DNA from: the human T2T-CHM13v2.0 reference genome, Homo sapiens
Direction: 5' to 3' (one strand)
Length of the DNA stretch: 64,000 bases
Assembly (NCBI RefSeq): GCF_009914755.1
Contig: NC_060933.1
Each line of letters begins with the position of its first letter. Position 1 is the stretch's first letter. A model generated the notes under the pieces. The model was not told the DNA's origin. It saw only the letters and a list, made by a program, of their open reading frames with translations, and searched no databases. The translations under genes were made by a program, and so were the position numbers. Below, piece after piece: positions 15,841-39,235 of this stretch.

Positions 15841-17945
15841 TGCCTTCCTTCACGTAGGAAATCTCTATGTGATTTCCAGAGATTCCTGGAGACAGGAGAA
15901 GGTGTGCCCTGATTCTGTGGGAAGCACGGAAGGAACTGGTGCAGGCTGTGTGTGTCACAGTGTTGGGTGACAACGGGAGCAGCTCACCAGTCTTGTTCTG
16001 AGCAAGAGGCTGAAGATTGAGGGATACATTCCCCATCTGTTTACCTGCCAGCTGTGCCTTGGTTCAAGGCAAATTTTATGTAGAATATAAAATGCTATTA
16101 CAGAAAAAGTGTCATAAGACTTTATTCAAGATTTTCAATGTCATAGTTTTTGGTTTCATAATGACAAATATATTTTAAATGTTTTTTAATCAAGTGAGTC
16201 ACATAATAACATATCATTAATGTGTTATATATTTTGTTATCACATATAATTACATAAACAAATTGGTCAATTGAACAAAATAAAGAATCCAGAAATAGAT
16301 TTACACATATTTGGTAAATTGATTTTTGACAAAGGTGCGAAGGCAGTTCAATAGCAAAATAAGAGTCTTTTTTAACAAATGATACCAGAATAATTGGATA
16401 GACATGTGCAAAAAAAATTTTTTTTGAGAAGGAGTTTAGCTCTTGTTGCCCAGGCTGAAGTTCAGTGGCGCGATTTTGGCTCACGGAAACCTCCGCCTCC
16501 TGGGTCCAAATGATTCTCCTGCGTCAGCCTCCCGAGTAGCTGGGATGACAGGTGCATGCCACCATGCCCGGCTAACCAAAAACTTTGTTCCATACCTCAC
16601 ATTCATTCATTCATTCATTCATTTTTCTTCAAAGCATTCACTCATTTATTCAGAATATATAAATAAGAAGTACAATATGTCAGGTATTGTTTTAGAGGAG
16701 GAAGACACTATCCTTGCCCATCCCCATCCCAGGATTCTTGACACATAAACAAATTGGTGCAATGTGCTATAAGAGATGTGTAGGGGAATAAGAGTACCAA
16801 GAAAGAAGCCATGAGGTTATGGGTGTTTGTGGGGCTGAGGATACAAGAAGTGTTTCCTGTAGGAGATAATGATAATATGTGTTTAGTCTACTATGTATTC
16901 TTAATCTATATTTGTAAAACAATGGTCCACATAATGATATCTGACTTGTACAAAATATCTTTTAGGGACAGTAGTTTTTATGCTGGCAAATTAAAATTAT
17001 GCAAGAACTCTGGGACCCCTTAAGTTTTCCTGGGTCTTACTTACTTTGTAAATTTTAGCTCTACATAGTGTAATATATGTTTTATCTGAATGTTGAGACA
17101 CACTAAGGAACAACACACTTCTTTTTGCACAGACTGGTGGCAACAGCTTTGGAATGTGTTTATCAAATTAAGAGACAAAAACACAAAATGCTACAGTTCA
17201 AAACTGGCTTTTTATTAGATCTGCTACTTTGCTTCAAACTTTAAACTCTACCCAGATAATGCAAGAAACAGAGAAGTACCAGTTGCAGAAAACCCTCTGT
17301 GTTGATTGCCTTTTGGGAATTTTAACATTTGAATATACTTCCCAGTGTGGAAGCTTGGAGTCAGGGGTGGACTCCAGAAGATACAGGGGCCTACCTAGCT
17401 GTAACCACATTATTATGAAGAACAAAATTACAGCTGAATTAAATTTTGAAGGCTGTCCTTGAGAATATGCATAGAAAGTTTTGTGTTACCTAATAGATAA
17501 TTTGTGAGCCTGATGTCATTCAAAAGCCAGAGAAGAAATATTCAGGCTAAAACAAAACTTCCTACTTTCTTAGAACAAAGAGAATGTACTTCTTGTTGGG
17601 AAGCTAAATCCTAGGAAAGGGAAAACAAATACTCATAGATTGCAAGTCCCAGAGAATTTTAAAGTGAGTAAGATCGAACCACCAGATGAACCAGGGACCT
17701 TCCTAGAGAACTGAAAAGAAGCCTCAAGTATTGCTATTGCTGTAGCGTACAGGCATCAGAGTGGGTGTTTTAGTGAGTTAGGTTGAGATCAGGTGGCCTA
17801 CATGAGCTCTGGGAACCAAAACAACAACATAGGAATATAGGTTAAATGTGTAGGTGGTGCTATAACTTTAAGTGGCTGAGTTCAAGATAATTTACAGTGA
17901 TTTGGTCCTAGATGCTGTTATACTGGCACCCACCCAGCCTTTTTA

Positions 17946-18802
<857 letters not shown>

Positions 18803-18809
18803 GGAAAGA

Positions 18810-20995
<2,186 letters not shown>

Positions 20996-21980
20996 CCTCT
21001 TAACATTTTAACGTCTCTGAATTTAGCATGCATCTTATAATTATAGTGGACAGCTTTCTTTCTTTCTTTCTTTCTTTCTTTTTTATGGGACGTTTTAAAG
21101 GATGTCTTATTACTTTTGCCAGAAAAACAGTACATCTTTTATTCAGTGACATCCTAGATTCAATGAAATATGGTAAGTTTTGAAATCTAGGTAAGAAGAA
21201 CAATTTTGTAGTTGAAAATAAATTCTTAAAATTGTCCTAAAAAATGGCAGAAAACCTGACTGAGTCAGTAAGTATAGAAGATATTGGAAAGTTTTTTAAA
21301 AACTAGCCTCCACAAAAGGGTTCCAACCCTCGTGGAATTTGGGACAAGGACAATCCAACATCACTGTAGAATCTAAGAAAAAGTTTGAACAAATGGACAA
21401 ATATACTATGCTACTGAATGGGAAGACTTCATCTTGCAAAGATGTATATTTCTCCTCAGATGAAATAAATTAATGTGATTCCAGTCAGAATCCCAATTCT
21501 TTTCTCTTTATGCCTGGCATGTAGTAGGCACTCCATAAATATCTGCTAAGTGATTAGATGAGTGATTTGCCAAAAATTTTTTAAAAGATTTGTCATGAAG
21601 GATGATTATTTCTTTAACATTATAATTTATTGCAAAGCTACAATAATTAACACAGTATGATGCTGGTGCAAGAATAGACAAGCCACTCAATACAACAGAA
21701 TAAAGTCCAGAAATAAACTCAAGTATATATAAAATGTATACGATGAAAGTAGCATTTCAAATCTGTAGAGACATGATGAATTTTTTTAAAGATAACGTTA
21801 GGACAATTGGACAAACTTTTGGAAAAAGTAAATGTATGCCTCTGTTTTTAGTTCTAAATAAATTAAAAGTGAAATATAAAAAGTCAGTGTCTGAAATTTA
21901 TAAAAGAAAACATGGACCACTGTGTACCAAGTCTTAGCGGTGGAGAGAGCCTTTATAAGGATGACATTAAAGCAGAAGCC

Positions 21981-24675
<2,695 letters not shown>

Positions 24676-24718
<43 letters not shown>
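24676..24718. repeat. (TG)n microsatellite at an Alu tail
   Basis: Visible directly. Confidence 0.95.
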
Positions 24719-24719
<1 letters not shown>

Positions 24720-24899
24720 AGTATTTCTCCCTGGGACATAAGGTTGCAGATGATTTTTAAAATTTTCTTCTTTATGTTTTTCTTTGTTCCTCAAATATTC
24801 TACAACAAAACACAGAAAAAAATAACAAAGCTCATAAAGATGTAGATATAGATACAAAGTATTTAACAGTAAATAACATTCTGAATAAAATAAAATCAT

Positions 24900-27100
<2,201 letters not shown>

Positions 27101-27916
27101 TTTTTTTAATTTAAATTTTAAAAATGTGATGGACCTCTGTAATAAATGGGGCCTTTGTTTCTCCACTGACTTTCTCACTCTAAGAGGGTCTGAACCACGT
27201 GGACTTGTGTTTAGAGCTTGCAGCAGGCCAGGAACAATGTACTTGAATGAACCTTGTGTTAATCTAATACTGGTTGAGGTTCACCAAGAGGATACAAGCG
27301 TATGGCTTCAAGTCCTCTTGAATAATAATAAAATGTTAGGGGGTATCTGGCTCCCACCATCCTTGTCCTGAATGAGGCTCAAGGTGTGATCCACCTTGCA
27401 GGAGGGCATTCTCCACCCAAGGGCTGCCGTCAGGTGTCCCTTCTTGACCGTTCACAAGTGTGGGAGACAGTAGGGCATAGGCATTCAGCACACGGGCTCT
27501 GCAGTCACGCAGACCTGTGTTCAAACCCTGCTTCCCCCACACAGTGCTTGTGAGACTTTGGACAAACTACTTCATCTCTCCTAACCTCAATTTTCTCATC
27601 TGTAAAGTGAGTGTAATAATGGTATCTACTTTGTGAAGTTCTACAGATTAAATGGGATAATGGCTTTAAAGCTCAGTGCCTGGCACATAGTAAATTCTCC
27701 CAAAACAGCAGCTCTTATTATTTGTAGTAGTAATATTATTCTGGCTCAGAATGCCTTTGACCCTAAGTATCCAGCATCATGGCGGTATTCATACTGGCTA
27801 TTTATAAAGAACTAGCAGATAGGGTACTATTCTTGTTGCCTGTTTTTCATTTCTTTAATTACAGTCATCTAAGTGTTGTCTCTAACAAAAATGAGTTGCT
27901 GTTGTTTTCATTGCAG

Positions 27917-28024
27917 ACAGTTGCATCTATAAAAAGGTTTGCCCCTTTAATGGTGGCTCTTTTTTGGTTCAACCTTCTGCGTCAGATTTCCAGTTCTGTT
28001 GGAACCAGGCTCCCTATGCAATTG
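27917..28024 (+). CDS. GARNL3: GARNL3 coding exon, YSCIYKKVCPFNGG...WNQAPYAI
   Basis: ttttcattgcag|AC acceptor, G|gtaaga donor, 108 nt, phase 1/1; continues the frame. Confidence 0.92.
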
Positions 28025-29505
28025 GTAAGAAAAGTCTTTATCATAATGCTTTTCTCCTTCATGGATATGTCTGAACTATTGTAAGCAAATCCTATGTAAG
28101 CAAATCACTGGCTTACTGCGAAATTGCTATAAATTATACGCGTATGATGAATATTCACAGCGTTCTTTTTCTTTTTCTTTTATTTTTGTTCCCCTTTTGG
28201 GACTATCGTCTTCTACTGTTCTTCCTAGTTTCTCTCAGTGCCTGAGCATGTATGCATTTGAGAGCAATTAAATGTCATTTTTCAGTACTTGGTTATCATT
28301 TCAGCACCTCAGTTCATTTCTGGGCCTCACTTTCCTTTTTCTAAAATTCAAGTGTAAGGTCTCCAGCCTCAAAATGCTGACTGACCTCGGGGAGAAGCAC
28401 AGTGCTTTCAGGGCCATTGGTATATGTTTCATAGAAATTCAGGTACCTGCCTGCCACTAAAATGTCAGGACATGAGCGGCGATGCTTTGTGTTTGTGATT
28501 CAAGATCCACAACTGGCCATTGCCTTTTGGAAGTCAGATCAGAGCCAAGAATGTTCCAGTTCATTCTTTTGTCCTCACAATAAAACTGTGTGTTAATAGG
28601 TCCACAGGACAGCATTTTGAGAGGAAGGCAGAGGGACCAACCTAAGATCCTGGGAGGACCAGTTAGACTTGATGACAGATTAGATCTGGTAGACAGGAAA
28701 GGGAGATTTTGAACCACGTTGCTGGAGGGGCTTGAAAGTCATGGCTGGAGGCATAGATGTGGTAGGCACAGTCACCAGGAAAGCCAGGAGAGCAGATGCG
28801 CTCATCCATGGAAAGAGTGCAGAGAGAGCCAGTGCGAAGAAGGGGACAACACGAAGTGCCAGGAAGAAAGAGGTGTGCCCCAGGGCAGCCAGGGCAGGCA
28901 CAGTGCCTGGAAGCCAGTGTGTCATCCAAATCATTTCAAGCAGAGGGGCCAGCCCTTAACAAATAACTCAGCAAACCCCTTGATGCCGAGGGACACTGCG
29001 AGGGCCAGTGAGGAATAAGATGCAGCCCCGGCTCAGACGTGCAGCTGGAGGAGCACATGGGAGGAGCGAGGAGCACTGAGGGACACCAGGGCTGGGCCTT
29101 GAAGAGCGACCAAAGGGAAGGGTCCCAGGCAGGATGGCCTGGGCCTGCAGACAGAATGTCAGGCTGGCGTCTGAACAACAGAAGGGACTCCCCACAGGAC
29201 TATGGCAAGTGAGCTGCCTCGCTGGAAGATCAGGCAGTGGGGTTTCCATGGGGGAAAATGGCAGCAAGCATGGTGACAGTGCACACCTCCTGGGAGGCGC
29301 AGTGTGGCAACCGAGGGGAGGCTGTCTTGGGAACCCAGGCTACCTTAGGATCAGGGTGACTTGCACATGTGAAGGAAGGAGAGAAGCAGCCAGAGGAATG
29401 AGAGATGGAAGTTTCTAGAGAAGTGAGTGTGACTATGACACAGTCACAGCCCCTTCGCGGCCACCAAGCCAGCAGCTGGGAGGTGACACTCCCGTTCCCT
29501 TGCAG

Positions 29506-29624
29506 TCTGTGCTTTCCCGTATCTCCTGGCCTTCACCACCGACTCCATGGAGATCCGCCTGGTGGTGAACGGGAACCTGGTCCACACTGCAGTCGTGCCG
29601 CAGCTGCAGCTGGTGGCCTCCAGG
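29506..29624 (+). CDS. GARNL3: GARNL3 coding exon, VCAFPYLLAFTTDSMEIRLVVNG...LVASR (CNH-type PYLL segment)
   Basis: ccttgcag|TC acceptor, AGG|gtgagt donor, 119 nt, phase 1/0. Confidence 0.93.
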
Positions 29625-30354
29625 GTGAGTAGGACTGGGATTTTATCTCTGAGTGGTTTGGGGGACCCCGGCACTGTGGGATTTCAGGTGAGCACAGAAG
29701 CCGCCTCTTGTCAAGTTAGGCTGATGAAGACCGGTGTCAGAATGCCAGCACGAGATGGAAAGCCTGAAACCAGACTGATCTGTTGGGTTTTCATGTGTGA
29801 TTTCTGTGGGCTTTCAGAACACTCCTCAGCTTTGTTAATAGTCATTAACTGGTGCTGGTGGCAGCTGGGGAGCACTTAGCTGAAAAGAGATATCCCCGCT
29901 CAGAGACTGGGTCAGTTATTCATGTCACTGCTGCCCTGGAGGACAGTCCAAGTCTAGAAAAGTCAGAGCTTGCAATCTTTCTTCCTTTCCCACCCTCTAT
30001 CCTCAGTTTGAATTCTTAGCCTATGAAACATGGCTAATTGATTAATCCCTGCCTCATAACCCACAGCTAGGGCAAAACGGAGGGATGCAGGAACAAAGAT
30101 GCCTTCCAAGATGTCTTTTGTCGCTGGCATATAATCTGGGGGGTCTTGTTCTAGTCCCCTCCCCTGAGTCAGGCCCACAAAGTCCTCCCCAGCCCTGCCA
30201 GACTGGGCTGGCTCCCCCGCTGTGTCCCCTGTTCCCTTCCCTGGTCCTGACATCCATCACATTTGGTGGTAGGTGACTGCCTATTTGTTCATCTTTGCTG
30301 CTGCACTGATGGTTCTGTGAGAGCAGATGCCATGCTGTCTTACCATCATAGTAC

Positions 30355-31215
30355 CAGTGGTGTGCTCAATGCTTCAGTCCCGCAGTGCTCTGGAAAATGT
30401 GTGTGTGTGCACATATGTGCATATATGTATGATATGTGTACATATCTGCATGTATGTATCATATGCGTGTACATTAGTTGATTGTAAATAGCTTACAATT
30501 TACAAATAATAAATATACAATGCTGTTTATCATAAAAATCCACTTAGCCAATTGGTTCTTACAAAATGTTTTTGTTAATATTTGCTGAACTCTTGTATCC
30601 ATAGCCAACCTACAGTTGCAGTTCAACCATGATTTTACACTTGGAGTTATATCTCAATCCACTCATTTTTTTCCAATGTATATTGTCATTTAATCTGATA
30701 GGTAATCTGCTATAAAACTATTTTTCACCCTCATACAACTCATAGTCATTAAACTGAAACTTCTTTCAGCTTCTGTACCAGACTAAACACACTTCTACGT
30801 TTCTTGTTCATTACTAGTACTTTCTCCATCACTGTAAGTCTAGACAATCAACAAAACAACAAATCAAAGTCAAACTGATAGTCTTTGCTGGATTCCATGG
30901 TGTAAAGAGTCCCTGCATGATTGATTTCAAGCTGCCAGCGTGACGCCACTGCAGGTGGTGCTGGGGAGACGTGCATTATCCCCCATGGTGCAGTATCTCT
31001 CCCCCAAGCCCCACACAGACACTGTTGGTGTCAATAACTCCAGAGCAGATGTAATAGTAAGCACAGTCAAATAATTAGGAATGGCTGGATTTGGATATTT
31101 AGGGCCTTTGTTTTTTTAGGTTTGTATAATTTAATTTCTAATCATGTGTGTTTAACAGCCAGTTTGCAAAATTCCTGAAAATTGGATTTCATAGATCACA
31201 TCCAGCACACCACTG
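30355..31215. mobile_element. MER63-like hAT DNA transposon
   Basis: 12-bp terminal inverted repeats CAGTGGTGTGCT ... AGCACACCACTG. Confidence 0.75.
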
Positions 31216-31671
31216 CTGTTAGCAGCAGCGCCAGCGCATCACGGGTGTGCCTGAGTATCTGCTGGATCAGTGAATGAAGAATCCATTTCCCCATCTGCCA
31301 AATGGGCCTAACTGAATCCCTAAGATCTTTCCCGTTCTAACACTCCAGGTGCCTGAGATTCCTGTTAGGGAAGTGTGTGCTGTGTTTGTGATTGCAGAAG
31401 ATGTGTGGTGGAACACTGACTGTTTTCTATTGTGGATCAACAAATAGATGATGAAAAGTGGCGGGGAGTGGAATACTCAGGAAAAGTGTAACTAGCCACG
31501 CTGGGCTTTCCTCCAGAAGGCTCTCTCCATCCCTCGCCCCGGCATCCCGCACTGCACTGTATGCTCCAAGGATGGGGACCAGTTGGAGGGTTTGCAGTGA
31601 TGGCAGGAGGGCCAGTGGATGCAAGGCCTAGAACACCAGGCAGCCCGGTAATGCTCTCTCTTCCTTTCTAG

Positions 31672-31810
31672 TCGGATATATACTTCACAGCAACTGCAGC
31701 TGTGAATGAGGTCTCATCTGGAGGCAGCTCCAAGGGGGCCAGTGCCCGAAATTCTCCTCAGACACCCCCGGGCCGAGATACTCCAGTATTTCCTTCTTCC
31801 CTGGGGGAAG
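31672..31810 (+). CDS. GARNL3: GARNL3 coding exon, SDIYFTATAAVNEV...PSSLGE
   Basis: Pyrimidine tract ending ttctag|TCG; AAG|gtgaag donor (weak); 139 nt, phase 0/1. Confidence 0.88.
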
Positions 31811-31914
31811 GTGAAGTCCAAGTTTTACTGTTTTATTAATATTTGTAATTCACTCTAATTTCTCTAGTTTGTTGTCTAATATCTACATGTGATTACTGTT
31901 TAAAGAAGTTACTA

Positions 31915-32358
<444 letters not shown>

Positions 32359-33382
32359 TCACACTTGTAATCCCAGCACTTTGGCGGGCTGAGGCAGATG
32401 GATCGCTTGAGCCCAGCAGTTCAAGACCAGCTGGGCAACATGGCAAAACCCTGTCTCTAAAAAAAAATACAAAAACTAGCTGGGCATGGTAACATGTGCC
32501 TGTAGTCCCAGCTACTTGGGAGGCTGAGGTGGGAGGATCACCTGAGCAGCGGAGGTCAAGGCTGCATTGAGCCGGGATTGCACCTCTGCACTCCAGCCTG
32601 GGCAACAGAGTGAGAGACCCTGTCTCTACAAAAACTAAAATTAAATTAGCTGGCTGTGGTGGCATGCACCTGTGGTCCCAGCTACTCAGGAGACTGAGGT
32701 GGGAGGATCACTTGAGCCTGGGAGGTCAAGGCTGCAGTAAGTCATGATTGCATCATTGCACTCCAGCCTGAGCGACAGAACAAGACCTTGTCTCAAAAAA
32801 AAAAAAAAAAAAGTTTCAGTGGGGAGGAGGGAGTTAAAGGCTATAGAGTTTCCAACTTGCAACAGCAGTTATTTTTCCTTCAGGGCTGTTAACAGTAGTG
32901 GGTTTTGAAAGCTAAAAGAATAGAGTCATCAAGCCTAGACATTCCCCAGCACATGCAGTCTTTCACTCTATCTGGCTTTGCCCGCAAACCCCAGAGGCCT
33001 CTGCTGTGGTTACCTCATCGCTTTGAACACAGCGCTTTTCATAAATTCTTACCACATCACTCATCTTTATTGCACGCAGTTAAGATAAAGCACAGAATTC
33101 CCCAAGCAGGGCAGCTTTTTGCTTTTCTTGTCTAGTCTTTTTTCCTGTGCAGTCACGAGTGCATTTTACCTAATTTACACATGAAAATGCTCTTAGAAAA
33201 CGCAAAGCCATCAGGCACCCTCAAATCAGTGCTCCTGGCCAGCCCTCCCAGTGGGACATTACAGATCAGTGTGTGACATAACGTCTTCCTTCATGCTATG
33301 TTAAGGAACAAGAAATTACTCTCTTGTAAATAATGTGCACTTTTCTTAAAGTTCTGATGTTCTTTTTGAAATCACATTTCAG

Positions 33383-33598
33383 GTGAAATTCAATCAAAAA
33401 ATCTGTACAAGATTCCACTTAGAAACCTCGTGGGCAGAAGCATCGAACGACCTCTGAAGTCACCCTTAGTCTCCAAGGTCATCACCCCACCCACTCCCAT
33501 CAGTGTGGGCCTTGCTGCCATTCCAGTCACGCACTCCTTGTCCCTGTCTCGCATGGAGATCAAAGAAATAGCAAGCAGGACCCGCAGGGAACTACTGG
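33383..33598 (+). CDS. GARNL3: GARNL3 coding exon, GEIQSKNLYKIPLRNLVGRS...RTRRELL
   Basis: tttcag|GT acceptor, G|gtaatg donor, 216 nt, phase 1/1; overlaps ORF 33430..33735. Confidence 0.92.
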
Positions 33599-34395
33599 GT
33601 AATGGTTCTCAATCCTGGTTTCCACTGTCTGTGAACAGACCAGCTGGTTTTATCTTTGGATATGAATTGTCCTCAGAAACAATGAGTTTAAAAGGAAAGT
33701 TTCCTTTTAAGAAGGGATTTTTAAGTAAGTTCTAATACCTCTATACCAAGGAATACACTATAATGTAGCCACCAACAGTGATGTTGTTGATCTATATTTA
33801 TTGGTGTGGAAAGCTGCTCAAGCCATGTGAAGGGGGGAAATGGGCAGTTTATAAAACACTATGTCTAGTCTGATACCATTTTTAAAAATAAAAGTACCAA
33901 TCTATGTATGATTTCCTAGAAAGGTGTCTAGAAGGATTTATATCCCACAGTCCTCAGACAACATTTTATGTTGGTATGTCCCAAAGTGGAAATGTACCAT
34001 GTTTTTACACGTGTGTGTTCAGTTCCCTTATTACTTCTCCCAGCCCTAGACAGTGGGGGCAGGTCTGTGGATAGAACAGATGCAAGATATGTGTTGAGCT
34101 CATTTCTCTCAGTATAACTATGGGACTGGGCTCACACCTGTTATCTCAGCATTTTGGGAGAGGCTGAGGCAGGCAGATCACTTGAGTGCAGGAGTTCAAG
34201 ACCAGCCTGGGTAACATGGTGAAACCCCATCTCTATAAAAAATAAAAAAATTAGCCAGCCATGGTGGCATGTGCCTATAGTCCCAGCTACTCAAGAAGCT
34301 GAGGCAAGAGAATCGATTGAGTCCGGGAGGTCAAGGCTACAGGGACCCATGATTACACCACTGCACTCCAGCCTGGGTGACAGAGTGACACCCTG

Positions 34396-34428
<33 letters not shown>

Positions 34429-35119
34429 TGAGAGGCCAAATCAGAGAAACATAAAGCCCCTGATAAGTGTGAAAAGGTTAGACTGTTAGAAACCTTTTTG
34501 TTCAGATTTGTGGAAACAAAATAAGGAAATATGGAAGTGACATGTTAAACCAGGAGAAACTGGTTTGAAAACTTAGACTGGGACCTGCATGAACGTTGGC
34601 CTGGGCACACCCCTGCCCTGCAGTAATATTCCCTGAACAACTGCAGGAGGGGATTCAGGCCACCTGACAGGGCAGGACTAGACACTAACAAAGTCCATTG
34701 GTTTTTCAAGTTGGTGCCTTCCACTGTGTTTTGAAAATAAATGTATTGCTATTTTTAATGCAGCCTTCCATATCAAAGCTTGATCTGCCCACCACTGTTT
34801 ACAAACCACTGAGCTTTTGCAAAACGGAACCTCTGAATTGGAGAATTACAGGGTTATCAACGGTAGGACTGTAAATCATCTGTCCTCATTAGGCTCTTTG
34901 AGTCTAATTTTTTTGCAAAGTGTGTATACTTTATAATCAGAAAAGAAAAACCTTCTACCAACCAGAAAACCAATAATTTGAAAATATATATTCTATCATC
35001 TTTCTTCCTGACTCTAGCACAACAATGCACCAGTTCCCAACCAAGAAAAAATAAGGGTCTTTTCTGTCTCCGTGGCAGCCCTGTGGTAGTGACCCTCTGA
35101 CCTATGATTCTCAATCCAG

Positions 35120-35246
35120 GCCTCTCGGATGAAGGTGGACCCAAGTCAGAAGGAGCGCCAAAGGCCAAATCAAAACCCCGGAAGCGGTTAGAAGAAAGCC
35201 AAGGAGGCCCCAAGCCAGGGGCAGTGAGGTCATCTAGCAGTGACAG
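35120..35246 (+). CDS. GARNL3: GARNL3 penultimate coding exon, GLSDEGGPKSEG...RSSSSD
   Basis: tccag|GC acceptor, CAG|gtaaag donor, 127 nt, phase 1/2. Confidence 0.9.
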
Positions 35247-36409
35247 GTAAAGAGAGGGAGAGGCCCCTGCTTGGGGTGGTGGACCTATGAGTCACAGCAC
35301 TGCCCAGGAGGCCCCTTCTGGGGATTGATAATGCCACTAGTGGCCCCTGGCAGCTACAGCAGAGGGCCAGCAGCCTGTTCCTCTCTGAGGGTCCCCAGAC
35401 CCTCAGGCCTGCCAGGGAGGGATCTAGACAAATGGGCACACTTACCAGCAGTCAACTGCTAATTCAAATCTATTGAGACCTGGCCAGGCACAGTGGCTCA
35501 TGCCTTTAATCCCAGCAGTTTGGGAGGCCAAGGCGGGCAGATCACCCAAGGTCAGGAGTTCGAGACTAGGCTGGCCAACACGGTGAAACCCCATCTCTAC
35601 TAAAAATACAAAAAGTAGCCGGGCGTGGTGGCACATCCCTGTGGTCCCAGCTACTTGGGAGGTTGAGGCAGAAGAATCGCTTGAACATGAGAGGCGGAGG
35701 CTGCAGTCAGCCAAGATCGTGCCACTGCACTCCAGCCTGGGTAACAGAGCAAGACTTCATCTCAAAAAATATATATATAATATATATTTTATATTTATAT
35801 ATTTAATATCTATTATATATATATGTAGAGAGAGAGAGACTTTTTCCTCACCAGATTGACAGAGAGTTTTTAAAATAAAAATGCTGGCTAGGCATGGTGG
35901 CTCATGCCTGTAATCCCAACACTTTGGGAGGATGAGAAGAGAAGGTCACATGAGCCCAAGAGTTCAATCCCAGCCTGGGCAACACAGCAAGACCCATCTC
36001 TACAAAAAAAAAATATATATATATATATATAGGCTGGGTCTGGTGGCATGAGCCTGTAGTCCCAGTTACTTGGGAGGCTAAGGTAGAAAGATCACCTTCC
36101 TTCTGGGAGGTCAAGGCTGCAATGAGCCATGATCACACCACTGCACTCCAGCCTGGGTAACAGAGCAAGACCCCGTGTCAAAAAAAAAAAAAAAAAACAC
36201 TTAGTAAGACTGCAGGGAAACAGGTGCTCTCTATGCAGTAATGCAGTACTGGTAGCACATACACAGTCCAGCCTATCCGAATGCCAGGTCAGCATCACAC
36301 GTCAATGAATAGTAGTTAAGTCACACTGATTTGTCCTGTAAGATCTCTGTTATCCTTCAAGCAACATCACACGTGCTCCAGTGTGGGGAGTGATAGTTCG
36401 TATGTCCAA

Positions 36410-37325
36410 GCTTCATTCATTCACTCAACACACATTCTTGGAGCACCTAGGACTTAGTTGGGTATTAAGATATGGAAAGGACTAAGCCCCCACCTGTGCC
36501 TTCAAGGGGTTCCCAGGCCAGTGGCAAAGACCAACAAGCGTCCAGAAAATGACTGCATTCCAGCATGGCAGGTGATGTGTAAGGAGGGTTGCCATCCAGC
36601 CCACACCTGGGGCAGGGAGGGTCTCAAACATCAGGGGAGGCTGAGCCTCCTCTCAGAAGTCATAACCTGACAAGGCCCCTGCCCTCAGGGACTTTGCATT
36701 CTAGTGTGGGAAAACAGACAGCCAACCTGTAAACAAGTAAGCAAATAAAATCATTTCAAATAGTGACAAGTGCTACAAGAAATTGAGAAGAAGTGACGGG
36801 GCTGGCACATAGAAGGTCTACTCTGAGAGAGGGGTCAAGGAAAGCTTTTTGAGGAAGTAGCATTGGGCTGGGCTTGGAATAAACGGTAAGAAGCTAGGGG
36901 AACAGCCCTTCTGACAGCAACTACCTCAGGGCAAGGGCCCCGAAGCAGGCCTAGCATGGCCAGTTAAAAGGCAGGAGGAAGAGTGGACAGGCTTGAGCAT
37001 AGAGAACGGAGCCAGGAACTGTGTGAGGCCGAGAGTGGGCAGCAGCTGAGCCAGGTGGGCTTTTGCAGGCCAATGAGTATTTGTGGAATGCATTAACTCT
37101 CTGAGAAGTGGAAACCAATATTGGTCAAATTAATATGCAGCTATTGAGAGAGTCCTGAGGAGCTGGAGGAAACAGAGGGAGTCAGGGGTGCCCTGGGAGG
37201 CTGGAGGGATCACAGGCCTAGTCCCGGAACCTTGGCTATGAGTTTCAGCCTGATCCTCAGGCCCTGGGCACCCATGGGAGGGTTTTAGGCAGGATGACAT
37301 TATCTGGATTTGCACTTTAGAAAGG
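36410..37325 (-). mobile_element. L2 fragments
   Basis: ttcattcattcactcaac end and L2 antisense body. Confidence 0.6.
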
Positions 37326-37561
37326 TAGGTAAATAATGCCTCACAAACACCTTCCATGTGTCACACACTCGGCCTTTAATCCTCAAAACCCCCTGAGGTG
37401 ATGGGGGTGGCATTCCAGCACTTCCCCACCTCTACCACATAACAGTGAGGGTTTGGTGAGCCAAACTCATGAGCTCAGATGAGCAGGAAATTGCCAGAAA
37501 AAAATAGGCCCAGTTCTGTGGTACTCCCAAAGATCCTCTTACAGTGACTTTTCTCTTCTAG

Positions 37562-37733
37562 GATCCCATCAGGCTCCTTGGAAAGTGCTTCTACTTCCGA
37601 AGCCAACCCTGAGGGGCACTCAGCCAGCTCTGACCAGGACCCTGTGGCAGACAGAGAGGGCAGCCCGGTCTCCGGCAGCAGCCCCTTCCAGCTCACGGCT
37701 TTCTCCGATGAAGACATTATAGACTTGAAGTAA
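37562..37733 (+). CDS. GARNL3: GARNL3 terminal coding exon, RIPSGSLES...FSDEDIIDLK*
   Basis: ttttctcttctag|G acceptor, phase 2, TAA at 37731-37733. Confidence 0.92.
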
Positions 37734-37949
37734 CAGAGTTGAATCTCATTTGCCATCTTTAGTTTTCTTATGGAGGTTTATACTCTTTAAACAGTTCTGA
37801 TGTAATTTCTCAACAAAATGTGGCTTTTAGCCTGTCAGTGATCTATTGGACCAAACCTTCTGCACACTCGGCCAGTTCCCTCTCCAATGTCCGGTGCCAT
37901 CTTTCCTGACCTTTGTTTCTTTCTGTTCAGGAACCATCAGTCCCCTTGT

Positions 37950-37999
37950 AATAAAGGTGGTAGATTTCATTGAGGTTTTAGATTGAAACTTTGAATAAA
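37950..37999 (+). terminator. GARNL3: GARNL3 poly(A) signals (AATAAA 37950-37955 and 37994-37999)
   Basis: Two canonical hexamers 220-260 nt after the stop, followed by T-rich sequence. Confidence 0.8.
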
Positions 38000-38408
38000 T
38001 CAAAAATACTCATTCTTATTTACTGCAACCTTCTCATATTTTATATACTTAGATGGAAAATTATTTTTTCATTACAGTTTTGATTTATGTCACATAATGT
38101 GTTTCTTTTATAAAGAAAAGTCGTTGCTTTTTAACTTTATTATAAGTAAGTTTTTTTTCTGCACCTTTGGCCCCGGTTGCTGTTTCAGTTCACCGTGATT
38201 GGAACCAGCTGCATTCCTGCCTGTAGACTTTTGAGAAAAGTTGAATGGTTAGATCTTAGAAGCTCCTCCTTCTTCCCTGCATCTCATGAAAAATATTAAG
38301 GCTTAGGAGCTTGTCAAAAGTCTTCAGATTATTTTGTGTGGTTTTATTGTTACTCTGCAATAATGTAACCAGAGAACAGCTACTCCTTGTGGTTAAAAGT
38401 ATTCTCAT

Positions 38409-39235
<827 letters not shown>

